Shown here piece by piece: positions 30,362-42,881 of a stretch of 64,000 nt of DNA. Source of the stretch: an uncultured bacterium (GTDB lineage: Bacteria > Edwardsbacteria > AC1 > EtOH8). A program made the translations under genes and the position numbers. A model generated the notes under the pieces. It was not told where the DNA came from and did no database searches. It was given only the letters and a program-made list of their open reading frames with translations. How positions within the stretch are numbered: position 1 is the stretch's first letter; each line of letters opens with the position of its first letter. The stretch is from the NCBI GenBank assembly GCA_964588285.1, contig CAZPNX010000010.1, forward strand, positions 21,319-85,318. Direction: 5' to 3'.

Positions 30362-31537
30362 TTACCTCTTTCCGTCCGCGCCCCTGAACGACCGGACCGC
30401 CTCCTCCTGAATTATGCGGAGCGGCACGCCCAGCTTCAGGGCAGCCTTGCGGCACTCGTCATACTCGGGCACGAACCTCCGCCCGCCCGTGCCCAGCCGG
30501 GCCATCTTACCGGAGATGAGTCCATACTTCGTTCTGACCTTCACGATCTCCCTCGGCAGTATGCGGCGCTCAACCACCCGGCGCCTAACCCCCAGGGTGG
30601 TGGTCTCCGACAGTATCATGTCGATAGCGGCCTTCTCGATCTCCTGCGGGACCAAGGCTGAGAATATAGTACCTGGCCTGCTCTTCTTCATGATGACTGG
30701 CGTCAGCCACACGTCAAACGCGCCTTTGTCAAAAAGCCGGTCCATCAGGTGCTCGTAGACCTGGGGGTTGAGGTCGTCCAGGTTCGTCTCCAACAGCACC
30801 GGGTCCTCAGGCGAGGTCGAGGCCCCCTCTGATTCGCCGATGAAAACGCGCACCATGTTGGGTATCTTTGTTCCCCTGGTCCCGGCGCCGTGGCCCACGG
30901 CCGCGACCGACATCATGGGCATCGGGCCGAAGCCGGACGAGAGGGTGGAGAGGATGGCGGCCCCGGTCGGCGTCACCAGCTCCCCCTCCAAATCGTCCTG
31001 GTAGATCCTGGCCCCATTGAGCAGCAGGGCCGTGGCCGGTGCCGGCACCGGCAGCCAGCCGTGGGCGCATTTAACCCTACCCCGCCCCACGTTCAATGGG
31101 GAGCAATAGACGCGCTCAATGCCGAGGTCCTCCAGCGCCAGGCAGGTGCCCACGATGTCGACCATGGCGTCCACCGCTCCCACCTCGTGGAAGTGCACCT
31201 TGTCCACTGTGGTCCGGTGTACCCCGGCCTCGGCCCTGGCCAGGGCGCCGAAGATGAGGTAGGCGCTGCCCGTCACTTTATTCGAAAGTTTGGCCCGGTC
31301 GATGAGTTTGAAGACGTCCGCCAGGCGGCGCTCCGGCTGCGGGCCCTGTACGACCTCGAGGTGCCGTGCCGCTATTCCTTGTTTGCGGACATTCGTCAGC
31401 TTCAGCGCCCAGCCCTTGACCGGCAGTTTGCGCAGCCGTTTTTCGATGGCCCGCACGTCCGCCCCGGCGTCCAGGAGCGAGGCCAGGATCATGTTCCCGG
31501 CGGCACCGGTCGGACAGTCGAAGTAGGCGGTCCTCAC
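30362..31537 (-). CDS. larC: nickel-pincer cofactor biosynthesis protein LarC (nickel insertion)
   Basis: The 391 aa product begins MRTAYFDCPTGAAGNMILASLLDAG, the LarC N-terminus, and carries His-rich HFHEVGAVDAMVDIVG. Confidence 0.85.
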   Translation of the reverse strand: MRTAYFDCPTGAAGNMILASLLDAGADVRAIEKRLRKLPVKGWALKLTNVRKQGIAARHLEVVQGPQPERRLADVFKLIDRAKLSNKVTGSAYLIFGALARAEAGVHRTTVDKVHFHEVGAVDAMVDIVGTCLALEDLGIERVYCSPLNVGRGRVKCAHGWLPVPAPATALLLNGARIYQDDLEGELVTPTGAAILSTLSSGFGPMPMMSVAAVGHGAGTRGTKIPNMVRVFIGESEGASTSPEDPVLLETNLDDLNPQVYEHLMDRLFDKGAFDVWLTPVIMKKSRPGTIFSALVPQEIEKAAIDMILSETTTLGVRRRVVERRILPREIVKVRTKYGLISGKMARLGTGGRRFVPEYDECRKAALKLGVPLRIIQEEAVRSFRGADGKR

Positions 31538-32286
31538 GGTCCGTCCTTCCCGACGATCATCGACGCCAGGTAGCCGGCGCCGAAGCCGTTGTCGATGTTG
31601 ACCACCGCCACCCCGGGGGAGCAGGAGTTGAGCATGGCCAGCAGGGCCGCCGCCCCGCCGAAGCTGGCGCCGTATCCAACGCTGGTGGGGACGGCGATCA
31701 CCGGGCAGGCCACCAGTCCGCTGACCACGCTGGGCAGCGCCCCCTCCATTCCGGCGGCCACGACGATGGCCGACGCTCCCTGAAGCATTTCGATTTTGTC
31801 GAGCAGCCGGTGGATGCCGGCCACGCCCACGTCCCAGAGGCGCTCCACCCTACACCCCAATATCTCGGCCGTCAGGGCGGCCTCCTCGGCCACCGGTATG
31901 TCCGAGGTGCCGGCGGTGACCGCCGCCAGGTACCTCCCGGTCCTTTTCCGGGCCACCGCTTTGCCTGTTATGATCCTGGCTTGTTCGTTGAACCTGGCGC
32001 CGGGGCACTTCGCCTTGACTGCCCTCCAGTGGGCTGCCTCCGCCCGGGTGGCCATCACCGGCCCATGCTTCGTCATGGCCTTGAATATGCCTGCGACCTG
32101 GGCCGGCGTCTTGCCCTGGCAGAAGATGACCTCCGGCGCCCCCCGACGCAGATGGCGGTGGCTGTCGATGTTGGCGAATCCAAGTTCGGTGTAGGGCAGA
32201 TGCCTCAGCATCTCAACGGCCCTGGCAACCGGCAAACTGCCGTCCCTGACGCCCTTCAATATTCTCTCGACGGTCTTGTTGTCCAT
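31534..32286 (-). CDS. larB: nickel-pincer cofactor biosynthesis protein LarB (PurE-like carboxylase/hydrolase)
   Basis: The 250 aa product has a PurE-like fold (AAVTAGTSDIPVAEEAALTAE, VAAGMEGALPSVV). It overlaps larC by 4 nt. Confidence 0.85.
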   Translation of the reverse strand: MDNKTVERILKGVRDGSLPVARAVEMLRHLPYTELGFANIDSHRHLRRGAPEVIFCQGKTPAQVAGIFKAMTKHGPVMATRAEAAHWRAVKAKCPGARFNEQARIITGKAVARKRTGRYLAAVTAGTSDIPVAEEAALTAEILGCRVERLWDVGVAGIHRLLDKIEMLQGASAIVVAAGMEGALPSVVSGLVACPVIAVPTSVGYGASFGGAAALLAMLNSCSPGVAVVNIDNGFGAGYLASMIVGKDGP

Positions 32287-32323
32287 TTATCCTTCCGTCC
32301 CCGCCGCCCACCCGCTTGACGCC

Positions 32324-33133
32324 TCAGGCATCGAAGCAGCCCATCTGGTATCCGGCCAGGTCGAGCGTCGCGAACCTGTAGCCGGCGGCCCTGATCCGTT
32401 CCGCTATGAGCCTCCGCCTCTCGACCGCCCTTTCCAGGTCCTCAGGCTGAAGCTCGATCCTGGCGACGTCCCCGTGATGTCGCACCCGGAAAGATTTGAA
32501 ACCCATCCGCGCCAGCGACTTTTCCGCCTTCCTGACTCTCTCCAAAATCGCTTCCGTGATCATCGTTCCGTAGGGCACCCGCGTGGCCAGGCAGGCCTCG
32601 GCCGGCCTGGCCCAGTTGGGCAGGCCCCGCCGCCTCAGCAGCACCCTGATCTCAGCCTTCGTCAGGCCCGCCTCGGCCAGCGGACTCCTTACCCCCATCT
32701 TCTTTGCGGCTCTGTGTCCTGGACGCATGGTTTTCAGGTCATCGGCGTTGGTCCCGTCAAGAATTGTTCCGATGCCCCGTTTTCGAACGGCCTTCCTGAT
32801 ATTTGAGAAAATATGGCGCTTGCAGTGGTAGCAGCGGTCGGCTGGATTGGCGACAAATGATTTGTTCCGCAGTTCGCCCGTCTCGATCACCAGATGTTCG
32901 AATCCCGTCCTTCGGGCCGAAGCTTTGGCATTTTTCAGATCGTCAGGGCAATGAATGGGCGATGCCGCTGTGACCGCCAGAAATCCCTCCCCTAGAACTT
33001 CATGGCAAACGACGGCCAACAGCGTGCTGTCGGCGCCTCCGGAGAAGGCGACGGCCGCCCGGCCGTATCCGCGGATAATGGATTTCAGCTTTTTCACCTT
33101 TTCCGCCAGAGTGCCGGCGGCATCAACGGCCAT
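32324..33133 (-). CDS. larE: ATP-dependent sacrificial sulfur transferase LarE (PP-loop)
   Basis: The PP-loop is SGGADS. The catalytic Cys is in a CLATRVPYG-like motif, and CYHCK is also present. Confidence 0.85.
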   Translation of the reverse strand: MAVDAAGTLAEKVKKLKSIIRGYGRAAVAFSGGADSTLLAVVCHEVLGEGFLAVTAASPIHCPDDLKNAKASARRTGFEHLVIETGELRNKSFVANPADRCYHCKRHIFSNIRKAVRKRGIGTILDGTNADDLKTMRPGHRAAKKMGVRSPLAEAGLTKAEIRVLLRRRGLPNWARPAEACLATRVPYGTMITEAILERVRKAEKSLARMGFKSFRVRHHGDVARIELQPEDLERAVERRRLIAERIRAAGYRFATLDLAGYQMGCFDA

Positions 33134-33641
33134 CTCTCCCGTCCTCGGCCTTGGCCTCCAGCTCTATGATTCGCCCGCTCATGTCGGCCAGGTCCACCAG
33201 GGCGCAGGTGGCCTTTCCCGTCAGGTAGCCGCAGGCCTCGCCCGGGTTGACGACCAGGGTCCCTTCCTCCTGGATGTCGATCTGGTGGGTGTGGCCGTAG
33301 ACGATCAGGTCATAGCTGCCCGACCGGGCCAGGCTTTCCAGACACCGCGGCTCGTGCATCAGGCAGATCTTGCGTCCCTCTATCTCGAACTCGTACGGAC
33401 CGTGGAACACTTCGAAGCGAAACTCCTTGAACTTCTGCGACAGGAACAGCTTCTCCCCGTCGTTGTTCCCGAAGACCCCGATCAGGCTCATGCCGCCCTT
33501 GTCGAACTCGGGGACAATGAACGGGGCCACGTAGTCGCCGGCGTGAAGAACGGTCTGGGCCCCGGCCTGGCGCAGCAGCTGGCAGGCACGCCTCACCATG
33601 TCCAGGCGGTCGTGGGTGTCGGAGATGATTCCGATCTTCAT
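33123..33641 (-). CDS. YfcE/MJ0936-family metallophosphoesterase
   Basis: The metal-binding motifs are DTHD, GDYV, GNND and GHTH. It overlaps the larE start by 11 nt. Confidence 0.8.
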   Translation of the reverse strand: MKIGIISDTHDRLDMVRRACQLLRQAGAQTVLHAGDYVAPFIVPEFDKGGMSLIGVFGNNDGEKLFLSQKFKEFRFEVFHGPYEFEIEGRKICLMHEPRCLESLARSGSYDLIVYGHTHQIDIQEEGTLVVNPGEACGYLTGKATCALVDLADMSGRIIELEAKAEDGRDGR

Positions 33642-33701
33642 AATGCGTAGTAACGTTGGACGTTCAACGTTGAACGTAGCCCCGTACCGGGCTCCGCCGT
33701 T

Positions 33702-34520
33702 TCAACTCTGGCACTTCGGGCACCAGTAGGTGCCCCGGCCCCTCAGGGTCTCGCGGACCACAAGGCATCCGCATCTCTTGCACCTCCTGCCCTGCCGGTC
33801 GTAGACCCGGTGCTGCACCTGGAACCATCCGCTTTTCCCACGCCCGTCGCGGTAGGTGTCCACCGAGCTGCCCCTGGCCCTGATGGCGTTCTTTAGTACA
33901 GTCTGGATCGAACGGTGCAATCTAGCGACCTCGTCGCCCTTCAAGCTCGAGGCCTGACGCCGCGGGTCGATGCCGGCCCGATGCAGGGCCTCGCAAGCAT
34001 AGATGTTTCCCAGTCCGGCAATGACCGTCTGGTCCAGCAGCAGCGGCTTGATGGGCGCCTTCCTTCCGGCCAGCCTTTCGGCCAGCACCCTGGCGGTGAA
34101 GGATCGGTCCAAGGGCTCGGGGCCGAGATTCGATAAACCGGACAGGCTATCTAAATCATTGGCGAGCTGGATGGAACCGAATTTGCGCTGATCGCTGAAA
34201 ACCAGCCGGTCGCCGCCCGCAAAATCAAAAATGATCCGCGCCGCCTTGGGCAGCGAATCATCGGAATTTTGCATCTGGAGGACCCCGGTCATTTTAAGAT
34301 GGACAATCAGACTCTGGCCCGAGTCCAAGTATATTATCAGATTTTTCCCGCGTCGGCGAAAATCAATCAGTCTCCTGCCGGCCAACTTGGCGGCGAATTT
34401 CTTATTATCCGTCCCTTTGACCGATCCCGGGTGGCGCACCTTGACCGAGACGATCCTCCTTCCGCGGGCCGAGGCCGCCAGGTCCCGGCGGATGGTCTCC
34501 ACCTCGGGCAGCTCGGGCAT
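33702..34520 (-). CDS. mutM: formamidopyrimidine-DNA glycosylase
   Basis: The N-terminus is MPELPEVETIRR (Pro2 and Glu3 catalytic residues). A C-terminal zinc finger reads CKRCGCLVVRETLRGRGTYWCPKCQ. Confidence 0.9.
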   Translation of the reverse strand: MPELPEVETIRRDLAASARGRRIVSVKVRHPGSVKGTDNKKFAAKLAGRRLIDFRRRGKNLIIYLDSGQSLIVHLKMTGVLQMQNSDDSLPKAARIIFDFAGGDRLVFSDQRKFGSIQLANDLDSLSGLSNLGPEPLDRSFTARVLAERLAGRKAPIKPLLLDQTVIAGLGNIYACEALHRAGIDPRRQASSLKGDEVARLHRSIQTVLKNAIRARGSSVDTYRDGRGKSGWFQVQHRVYDRQGRRCKRCGCLVVRETLRGRGTYWCPKCQS

Positions 34521-35608
34521 CAGCCCTGACCCTCGCCTCCCAGGTTCTTCATCTCCCTCTCCAGGGCGTCCAGCTCGGCCAGCAGATCATCGGCCTCCCC
34601 AGCCGGCTGTGGCTCAGGTTGGGCCAGGGGAATCTCGAAGGCGGCCTCCGGTGGTCCGCCGGAGAATCCGCCCGATGTCTGCGAAGGGGTCTCGATGGAG
34701 ATCTCAGGCGAGGGCGGCGCCTGAACAAACGGTTCGTTTATCGGCGGTTGAAAACGGGGTTCGGCGGCCGTGGGCGCAGCCACCTCTGGCGAAGGTTCGG
34801 CTGCCGATGGCGGAGCCGCCCTTTGGTTGGAAATCTCCATGATCAGCAACCGCTGCCTCTCTCTGAGTGCCGCCATCTCCTCCTCCAGGGCCTGGTTTTG
34901 CCGATGCAGTTCGTCATTGCGCGTGCGAAGATCCGAAAGCAGCCTTTCCCACTTCTGTCTCTGCTCCTGGTACTTGGCCTGAAGCTCCTTGATCTGTGCC
35001 TGCATGGTTGCTCTGGCCTCGGCCACCGCCGCCTCTATCTGGGCGGCCGTCGCTTGGACCGGTGCCGTCTGAAGAGGCGGGACAGCCTGAGGTGCTTGAG
35101 GCTGGGGAGCCACGGCCTGAGGCCTGGCGGCCGGCAATGGCGGCATGGCCGGCCTGGTCAATGTCGGCGGCGGAGCCGGCCTCGGCTGTTCCATTGACTG
35201 CTGTGTCCGGGCCAGGATGGCGTCAAGCGCCGGCGGCTGGAGCCGCGGAGCCGGAGCCGGCGGTGGACGGACCGGCGGACGCGGCACCTCTTGGGAGGGC
35301 CGCGGTTGCATCGGAGCCGGGGCCGGCCTGGGGATGGCCGGCGGCGCCTGGATCGGAGTTTGCGGCGCTGCGGCCTGAGCCGGTTCCTCGATTGTTATCC
35401 GGCCGAAGATGTCGTCCAGTTCCTCGTCAACCGAGCCCAGCAATCCCCCCTGTTTGGCCGCCGGCGCCGGTTGCCCGGCCGCGGGTTTGGGCGCGGCCCC
35501 AGAGGGCCTCTGCGGCAATGGTCTTACTCCGCCCTTGGCCGGGCCGAGGTTGGTCAGCCAGGCGTTGAACTGGCCGGCATCGTGCTGTTTATCGGATGGA
35601 GGAGCCAT
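34520..35608 (-). CDS. Pro/Ala-rich low-complexity protein with a central coiled-coil
   Basis: The 362 aa product has extended PAPxP tracts and a heptad-like coiled coil (QAQIKELQAKYQEQRQKWERLLSDLRTRNDELHRQNQALEEEMAALRERQRL). Its stop shares a nucleotide with the mutM start. Confidence 0.5.
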   Translation of the reverse strand: MAPPSDKQHDAGQFNAWLTNLGPAKGGVRPLPQRPSGAAPKPAAGQPAPAAKQGGLLGSVDEELDDIFGRITIEEPAQAAAPQTPIQAPPAIPRPAPAPMQPRPSQEVPRPPVRPPPAPAPRLQPPALDAILARTQQSMEQPRPAPPPTLTRPAMPPLPAARPQAVAPQPQAPQAVPPLQTAPVQATAAQIEAAVAEARATMQAQIKELQAKYQEQRQKWERLLSDLRTRNDELHRQNQALEEEMAALRERQRLLIMEISNQRAAPPSAAEPSPEVAAPTAAEPRFQPPINEPFVQAPPSPEISIETPSQTSGGFSGGPPEAAFEIPLAQPEPQPAGEADDLLAELDALEREMKNLGGEGQG

Positions 35609-35644
35609 ATTAAATTCCTCGCATTTTTTGCCAAGGAAGGCCGC

Positions 35645-38698
<3,054 letters not shown>

Positions 38699-38795
38699 AT
38701 TGATTTAATTTATCATAAAAAAACTTGTAAATCAAGAGAAAATCAACCGGTTATAAAAAAACCGCCATGAAGGCGGCGGAAAATCTTTCCTTGTC

Positions 38796-39635
38796 TCAGG
38801 ACGTCAGGCTGTGGGTGATAAGTCCGGCCCACAGGTATGCCTTCTGCAGCGGTCCGGGACGATAATGCTTGCAAAAGAAGCGGTAAAGCGACCGGCGGTG
38901 GTGCTGCTCCATGATTTTTTTCTCCTGGTCCGAACTGGCCCCCCAACGGTGGATGATTCCTGCCTCAGGGATAAAATCCGTCCTCCAGCCGGCCCGGCGG
39001 GCCCGGTAACAGAGATCTATATCCTCGAGGTACATGAAAAAACCCTCGTCGAAAAGCCCGATCCGGTCTAGCATCCGGCGGTTGAGCAGCAGGCAGACTC
39101 CGGCCAAAGCCTCGACAGTTTGCGCCTTTCGGCTGTCTACTTCCGCCATCAGGTTCCATCTGGTCCAGGGGTTTTGCGGAGCCAGCTTGGAGAGGGGAGA
39201 TTTCCTGGCGAAGAGGATGTTGGAATATGTAGGAAACCTCCTCCGCGACGGCTGCAGGCTGCCGTCGGGATTGAGCACTCTGGGCCCGATGATCCCGGCT
39301 TCCGGGTTTCTCCGGGCATAATCCAACAGGGCCGACAGAGATCCTTTTAGGATAACCGTGTCCGGATTTAAGACCACCGGGTAGGCGCCCAAACTGGCCC
39401 TGAGGCCCTGATTGGCGGCGGCGGCAAACCCGTAATTTCGAGTATTGACGACCAGCCTGGCTTCGGGATGTTTGCGCCTCAGCCACTCCACGGTTCCGTC
39501 CCTGGAATAGTTGTCAATCACCATCAGCTCCATCCGTCCGCGGCGCCACAGGGTATCCTGCTTGGCCGATTCCAGACAGCGGTCCAGCAGTCCGGCCACG
39601 TTGCGGCTGACGATTATCAGGCTGAGGTCAATCAT
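38796..39635 (-). CDS. glycosyltransferase family 2
   Basis: Start is at the internal ATG (CAT 39633-39635). Residues LSLIIVSRNVAGLLDRCLESA and a DxD-type region are present, giving a GT-A fold. Confidence 0.8.
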   Translation of the reverse strand: MIDLSLIIVSRNVAGLLDRCLESAKQDTLWRRGRMELMVIDNYSRDGTVEWLRRKHPEARLVVNTRNYGFAAAANQGLRASLGAYPVVLNPDTVILKGSLSALLDYARRNPEAGIIGPRVLNPDGSLQPSRRRFPTYSNILFARKSPLSKLAPQNPWTRWNLMAEVDSRKAQTVEALAGVCLLLNRRMLDRIGLFDEGFFMYLEDIDLCYRARRAGWRTDFIPEAGIIHRWGASSDQEKKIMEQHHRRSLYRFFCKHYRPGPLQKAYLWAGLITHSLTS

Positions 39636-39774
39636 AAAAAAGAGAGACGGCGCCCTAGTAGCCGTCGCTGCTCTCGATACGGGCAAACATCGGATGATCC
39701 GCTATGCGGATAACGTCGGAACGGCCGCCCGCTCGACCGCCAGCCGAATCCCGAAATCAGGCAATGCCTATAAA

Positions 39775-40488
39775 TCAAAGCTTTCCGGTCAGCCTCATCA
39801 GCTGCAGCTTCCAGACCATCCAGGCCGCTTCGTAGATGATCTTCCGGCTCATCTTGCTCTGGCCCATCCGCCGTTCCTCGAAGATGATGGGCACCTCGGT
39901 CACCTTGAAGCCCTTGTAATAGGACTTGAAGTGCATCTCGATCTGAAAGGCGTAGCCGTTGGAGTGGATCCGGTCCAGGTCGATGGCTTCGAGAACCGCC
40001 CGCCGGTAGCATTTGAAGCCGGCCGTCAGGTCGCGCACCGGCACCCCGGTCACCACCCGGGCGTAGATGTTGGCGAAATAGGACAGCAGCAGCCTCTTGA
40101 GCGGCCAGTTGACCACGTTGACCCCGGACAGATAGCGCGATCCGATCACCAGATCCCAGTCCTTCATCTTCTCCAAAAAGAGGTTGAGGGTGGCCGGCGG
40201 ATGGGAGAAATCGGCGTCCATTTCGCATATAAAGTCGTAGCCTCGCTCCAGAGCCCATTTGAAGCCGGTGACATAGGCCGTCCCCAGCCCCATCTTGCCC
40301 GGCCGGTGAAGGGCGTGGATCCTGGGGTTCCCGGCTGACATCCGGTCGGCGATGGCCCCGGTGCCGTCCGGCGAGTTGTCGTCGATGACCAGAACCTCGA
40401 GGGACGGGTCCCGGGCCAACACCTGCTCCACGATGACCGGGATGTTGTCCTTCTCGTTGTAGGTGGGGATGATCACCAGGCACTTCAT
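39775..40488 (-). CDS. polyprenol-phosphate mannose/glucose synthase-like GT2 (Dpm1-like)
   Basis: Start is at the internal ATG (CAT 40486-40488), overlapping the yfhO stop (ATGA). Residues VIIPTYNEKDNIP, VLVIDDNSPDGT and CEMDADFSH are Dpm1-like. Confidence 0.85.
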   Translation of the reverse strand: MKCLVIIPTYNEKDNIPVIVEQVLARDPSLEVLVIDDNSPDGTGAIADRMSAGNPRIHALHRPGKMGLGTAYVTGFKWALERGYDFICEMDADFSHPPATLNLFLEKMKDWDLVIGSRYLSGVNVVNWPLKRLLLSYFANIYARVVTGVPVRDLTAGFKCYRRAVLEAIDLDRIHSNGYAFQIEMHFKSYYKGFKVTEVPIIFEERRMGQSKMSRKIIYEAAWMVWKLQLMRLTGKL

Positions 40489-42881
40489 GGCTTCCTCTTC
40501 TGATGGATTATGCAGCCCGCCATGCCCAGCACGGTCAGGATGGCGGTGGCCAGGCTGACGGCCAGTCCTGTCTGAAACACTTCGGAACGATATCGAAGCA
40601 CGACCCGGTGGCTTCCGGCCGGGACCGGGACCGCCCTCAGGGTGTAATCGGCGCGGTACAGCGGCGCCGGCTTCCCGTCCACCTCGGCCCGCCAGGCCGG
40701 ATACCAGTTGTCGCTCATCACCAGCAGGGCCGGACAATCCGATTCCGCGGTCAATTCTACTACATTCGGATGATAGGAATCAACCGTGGCCCGGCCCTGT
40801 GGCCGACCCTGGGAGACGGAGCCCTGGGGCGGCTCCTCCAAAATGACCGTGGACCGGGGGTCGAACGAGGCGGACTTGAGGCGCTCGATAATGGCCCTGT
40901 CTTCCTTGATGACCTCGAAATCGCCCGCCAGCCAGACCCGGGGCAATGCCGTTGTATTCCGGTAGATCTTCACCCGTCCGCCGTAGCAGGAGTCTTGCAA
41001 CACGAACTGGGGATAGTCTATCGGCTGCTGCATCAGCAGGTATTTTACATTCAGCAGATTCAGCAGCTGCGGGCTCTGTAGCAGATTGTGGAAATCGGGC
41101 AGCAGCCGCTTGGGATCGGTGCCCACCAGCTCGTTGTAGCGTTTCAGCGGGTTGGGATGCTCGCCCCCGACCGTCTGCAGGCCGAACAGTGTCAGGTAGT
41201 TGCCCTGTTGATGAACCTGGAGCGGCCAAACCCGAAAGATATCCCGGTCCTTCTCCAGCGCCGCGGCCACCTCGTCCTTGGCAAAGAAGGTTTCCGGTGG
41301 ATCGACCACTTTCATGAACCTGGCATCCACCCGCCACAGCTCCAGAAAAACCAGCAGGCCGGTGAGGACCGCCCAAACTTGGGGCTTGATCCTGCGGCTG
41401 ATAAGCATCCAAACCAGGGCCGAGCCGGATAGCAAAAGCATGAAGGCGATCCAGTATCCCTTGACCATCTCCGGATAACTGCTCCAAAGAGCCTGAGCCC
41501 CCCAGCCCTTGGCGGCAAAGGCCGAAAACAGGTTGACCATTCCCTCCCTGGCCGCGGAGAAGATCAGTCCAAAAAGCAATCCGATGCCCAAAGCGATCAG
41601 CAAACCTCTTTTCAGACCGGATTTCTCGGCTCCGTCCAGAAGCGATTCCGCGCCCAGGGCCGCCAAAGCGGTGATGGCGAAGGCGGCGATGTTGAAAATC
41701 ATGGCCGGGCCGCGGAATTTTGACATGCCGGGCACCAGGTAATAGACCAGATAGTAGAGCGGGGTGAAGCCCCCCCAGGCCACTATCAAAGCAAACAGCC
41801 CTAATCCGCACAGAAAGAGCTTTAGCCGCCTTCTCCGGCTGTAGGTTATGCCCAGGACGGCCAGCAGGAAGGGGATGACACCCACATATTCAGTGTGCAG
41901 TTTGAGATCGCGCCGCCCCCAGTAGAGATGGGTGGGGCCCTGTTCCGCATTTTTATCCAGCAGGCCGGAGAACTCGGGCCAGACCGTGTTGACAACCTCC
42001 TCTGGCGGCATGGAGTACGAGGTGGCGAAGGCGTAGCCCTTGTCCTGTCCCCGGGGCGAGAACTTTAGATAATACTGGAGCGGTAAAGCCTGGATGGCGT
42101 AGAGACCGAAGCCGACGGCCAGCATCACCAAGCCCAACCCGGCCAGCTTCAGCATCGAACCTTTATCCCGGCTGTCCCTCCATAAGACCCACAACCTGGC
42201 CAGCCCGTAGATGAACCCGGCCAGCAGCAGGTAATATGACATCTGGACGTGGGGCGACAGCAGGGCCAGCCCGATGACTATTCCGCCGGCCAGCCCCCAG
42301 ACGAGTTTCCGGGTGCGGCTGGCGCGGTCGATGGACAAAAGCAGCCAGGGCAGCAGGGCGGAGACGATGATCTTGGCGTCGTGCCCGGCGTACATCAGGC
42401 TGGTCACCGAGCCGGTGAACATATAGGCCAGGCCCGCCAGGAACGAAGCGGCCCCGGAGAGCCTAAGGCTGCGCAGGAACAGGTAGACGCCTGCGCCGGC
42501 CAAGAGCAAATGGAGCAAATAATTCCATGCCGTCATCAGGTGGGCCGGCATGAATAAACGCAGAAGCATCGAGGTCGGATAGAAAAGGTCGCCGGCCACC
42601 GCGTCGACGTAGGGGATCCCCCCATAGACCGCGGGATACCATAACGGCACTTGATGCAATTTGGAGATCACCTCCCTGGCGAACTCGCGGCTCATATGGG
42701 CGCCGGTCACGTAATCTGTGCCGAACAGCATGGTGCCTGGCAGCAGGGCCCGGTTGAACACGATGAGCCCCAGAGCCGCCATGACAGCCAGGGCGATCCA
42801 GGGATTTTCGAGTATATGCTGCTTTGGCTCCCCTGTATTAATAGCCCTTTCCGGCCGTTTACCCTCTTTTTTCCTCTTCAT
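40485..42881 (-). CDS. YfhO-family polytopic membrane protein (putative lipid-linked glycosyltransferase)
   Basis: The 798 aa product has multiple TM helices in its N-terminal two-thirds plus a C-terminal soluble domain, which is YfhO-like architecture. Confidence 0.75.
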   Translation of the reverse strand: MKRKKEGKRPERAINTGEPKQHILENPWIALAVMAALGLIVFNRALLPGTMLFGTDYVTGAHMSREFAREVISKLHQVPLWYPAVYGGIPYVDAVAGDLFYPTSMLLRLFMPAHLMTAWNYLLHLLLAGAGVYLFLRSLRLSGAASFLAGLAYMFTGSVTSLMYAGHDAKIIVSALLPWLLLSIDRASRTRKLVWGLAGGIVIGLALLSPHVQMSYYLLLAGFIYGLARLWVLWRDSRDKGSMLKLAGLGLVMLAVGFGLYAIQALPLQYYLKFSPRGQDKGYAFATSYSMPPEEVVNTVWPEFSGLLDKNAEQGPTHLYWGRRDLKLHTEYVGVIPFLLAVLGITYSRRRRLKLFLCGLGLFALIVAWGGFTPLYYLVYYLVPGMSKFRGPAMIFNIAAFAITALAALGAESLLDGAEKSGLKRGLLIALGIGLLFGLIFSAAREGMVNLFSAFAAKGWGAQALWSSYPEMVKGYWIAFMLLLSGSALVWMLISRRIKPQVWAVLTGLLVFLELWRVDARFMKVVDPPETFFAKDEVAAALEKDRDIFRVWPLQVHQQGNYLTLFGLQTVGGEHPNPLKRYNELVGTDPKRLLPDFHNLLQSPQLLNLLNVKYLLMQQPIDYPQFVLQDSCYGGRVKIYRNTTALPRVWLAGDFEVIKEDRAIIERLKSASFDPRSTVILEEPPQGSVSQGRPQGRATVDSYHPNVVELTAESDCPALLVMSDNWYPAWRAEVDGKPAPLYRADYTLRAVPVPAGSHRVVLRYRSEVFQTGLAVSLATAILTVLGMAGCIIHQKRKP

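Noticed and set aside
30362-33133. A larA in the window
   Set aside because: No about 420-aa LarA/DUF2088-like ORF is present anywhere in the 64 kb. It is reported in the findings as an absence.
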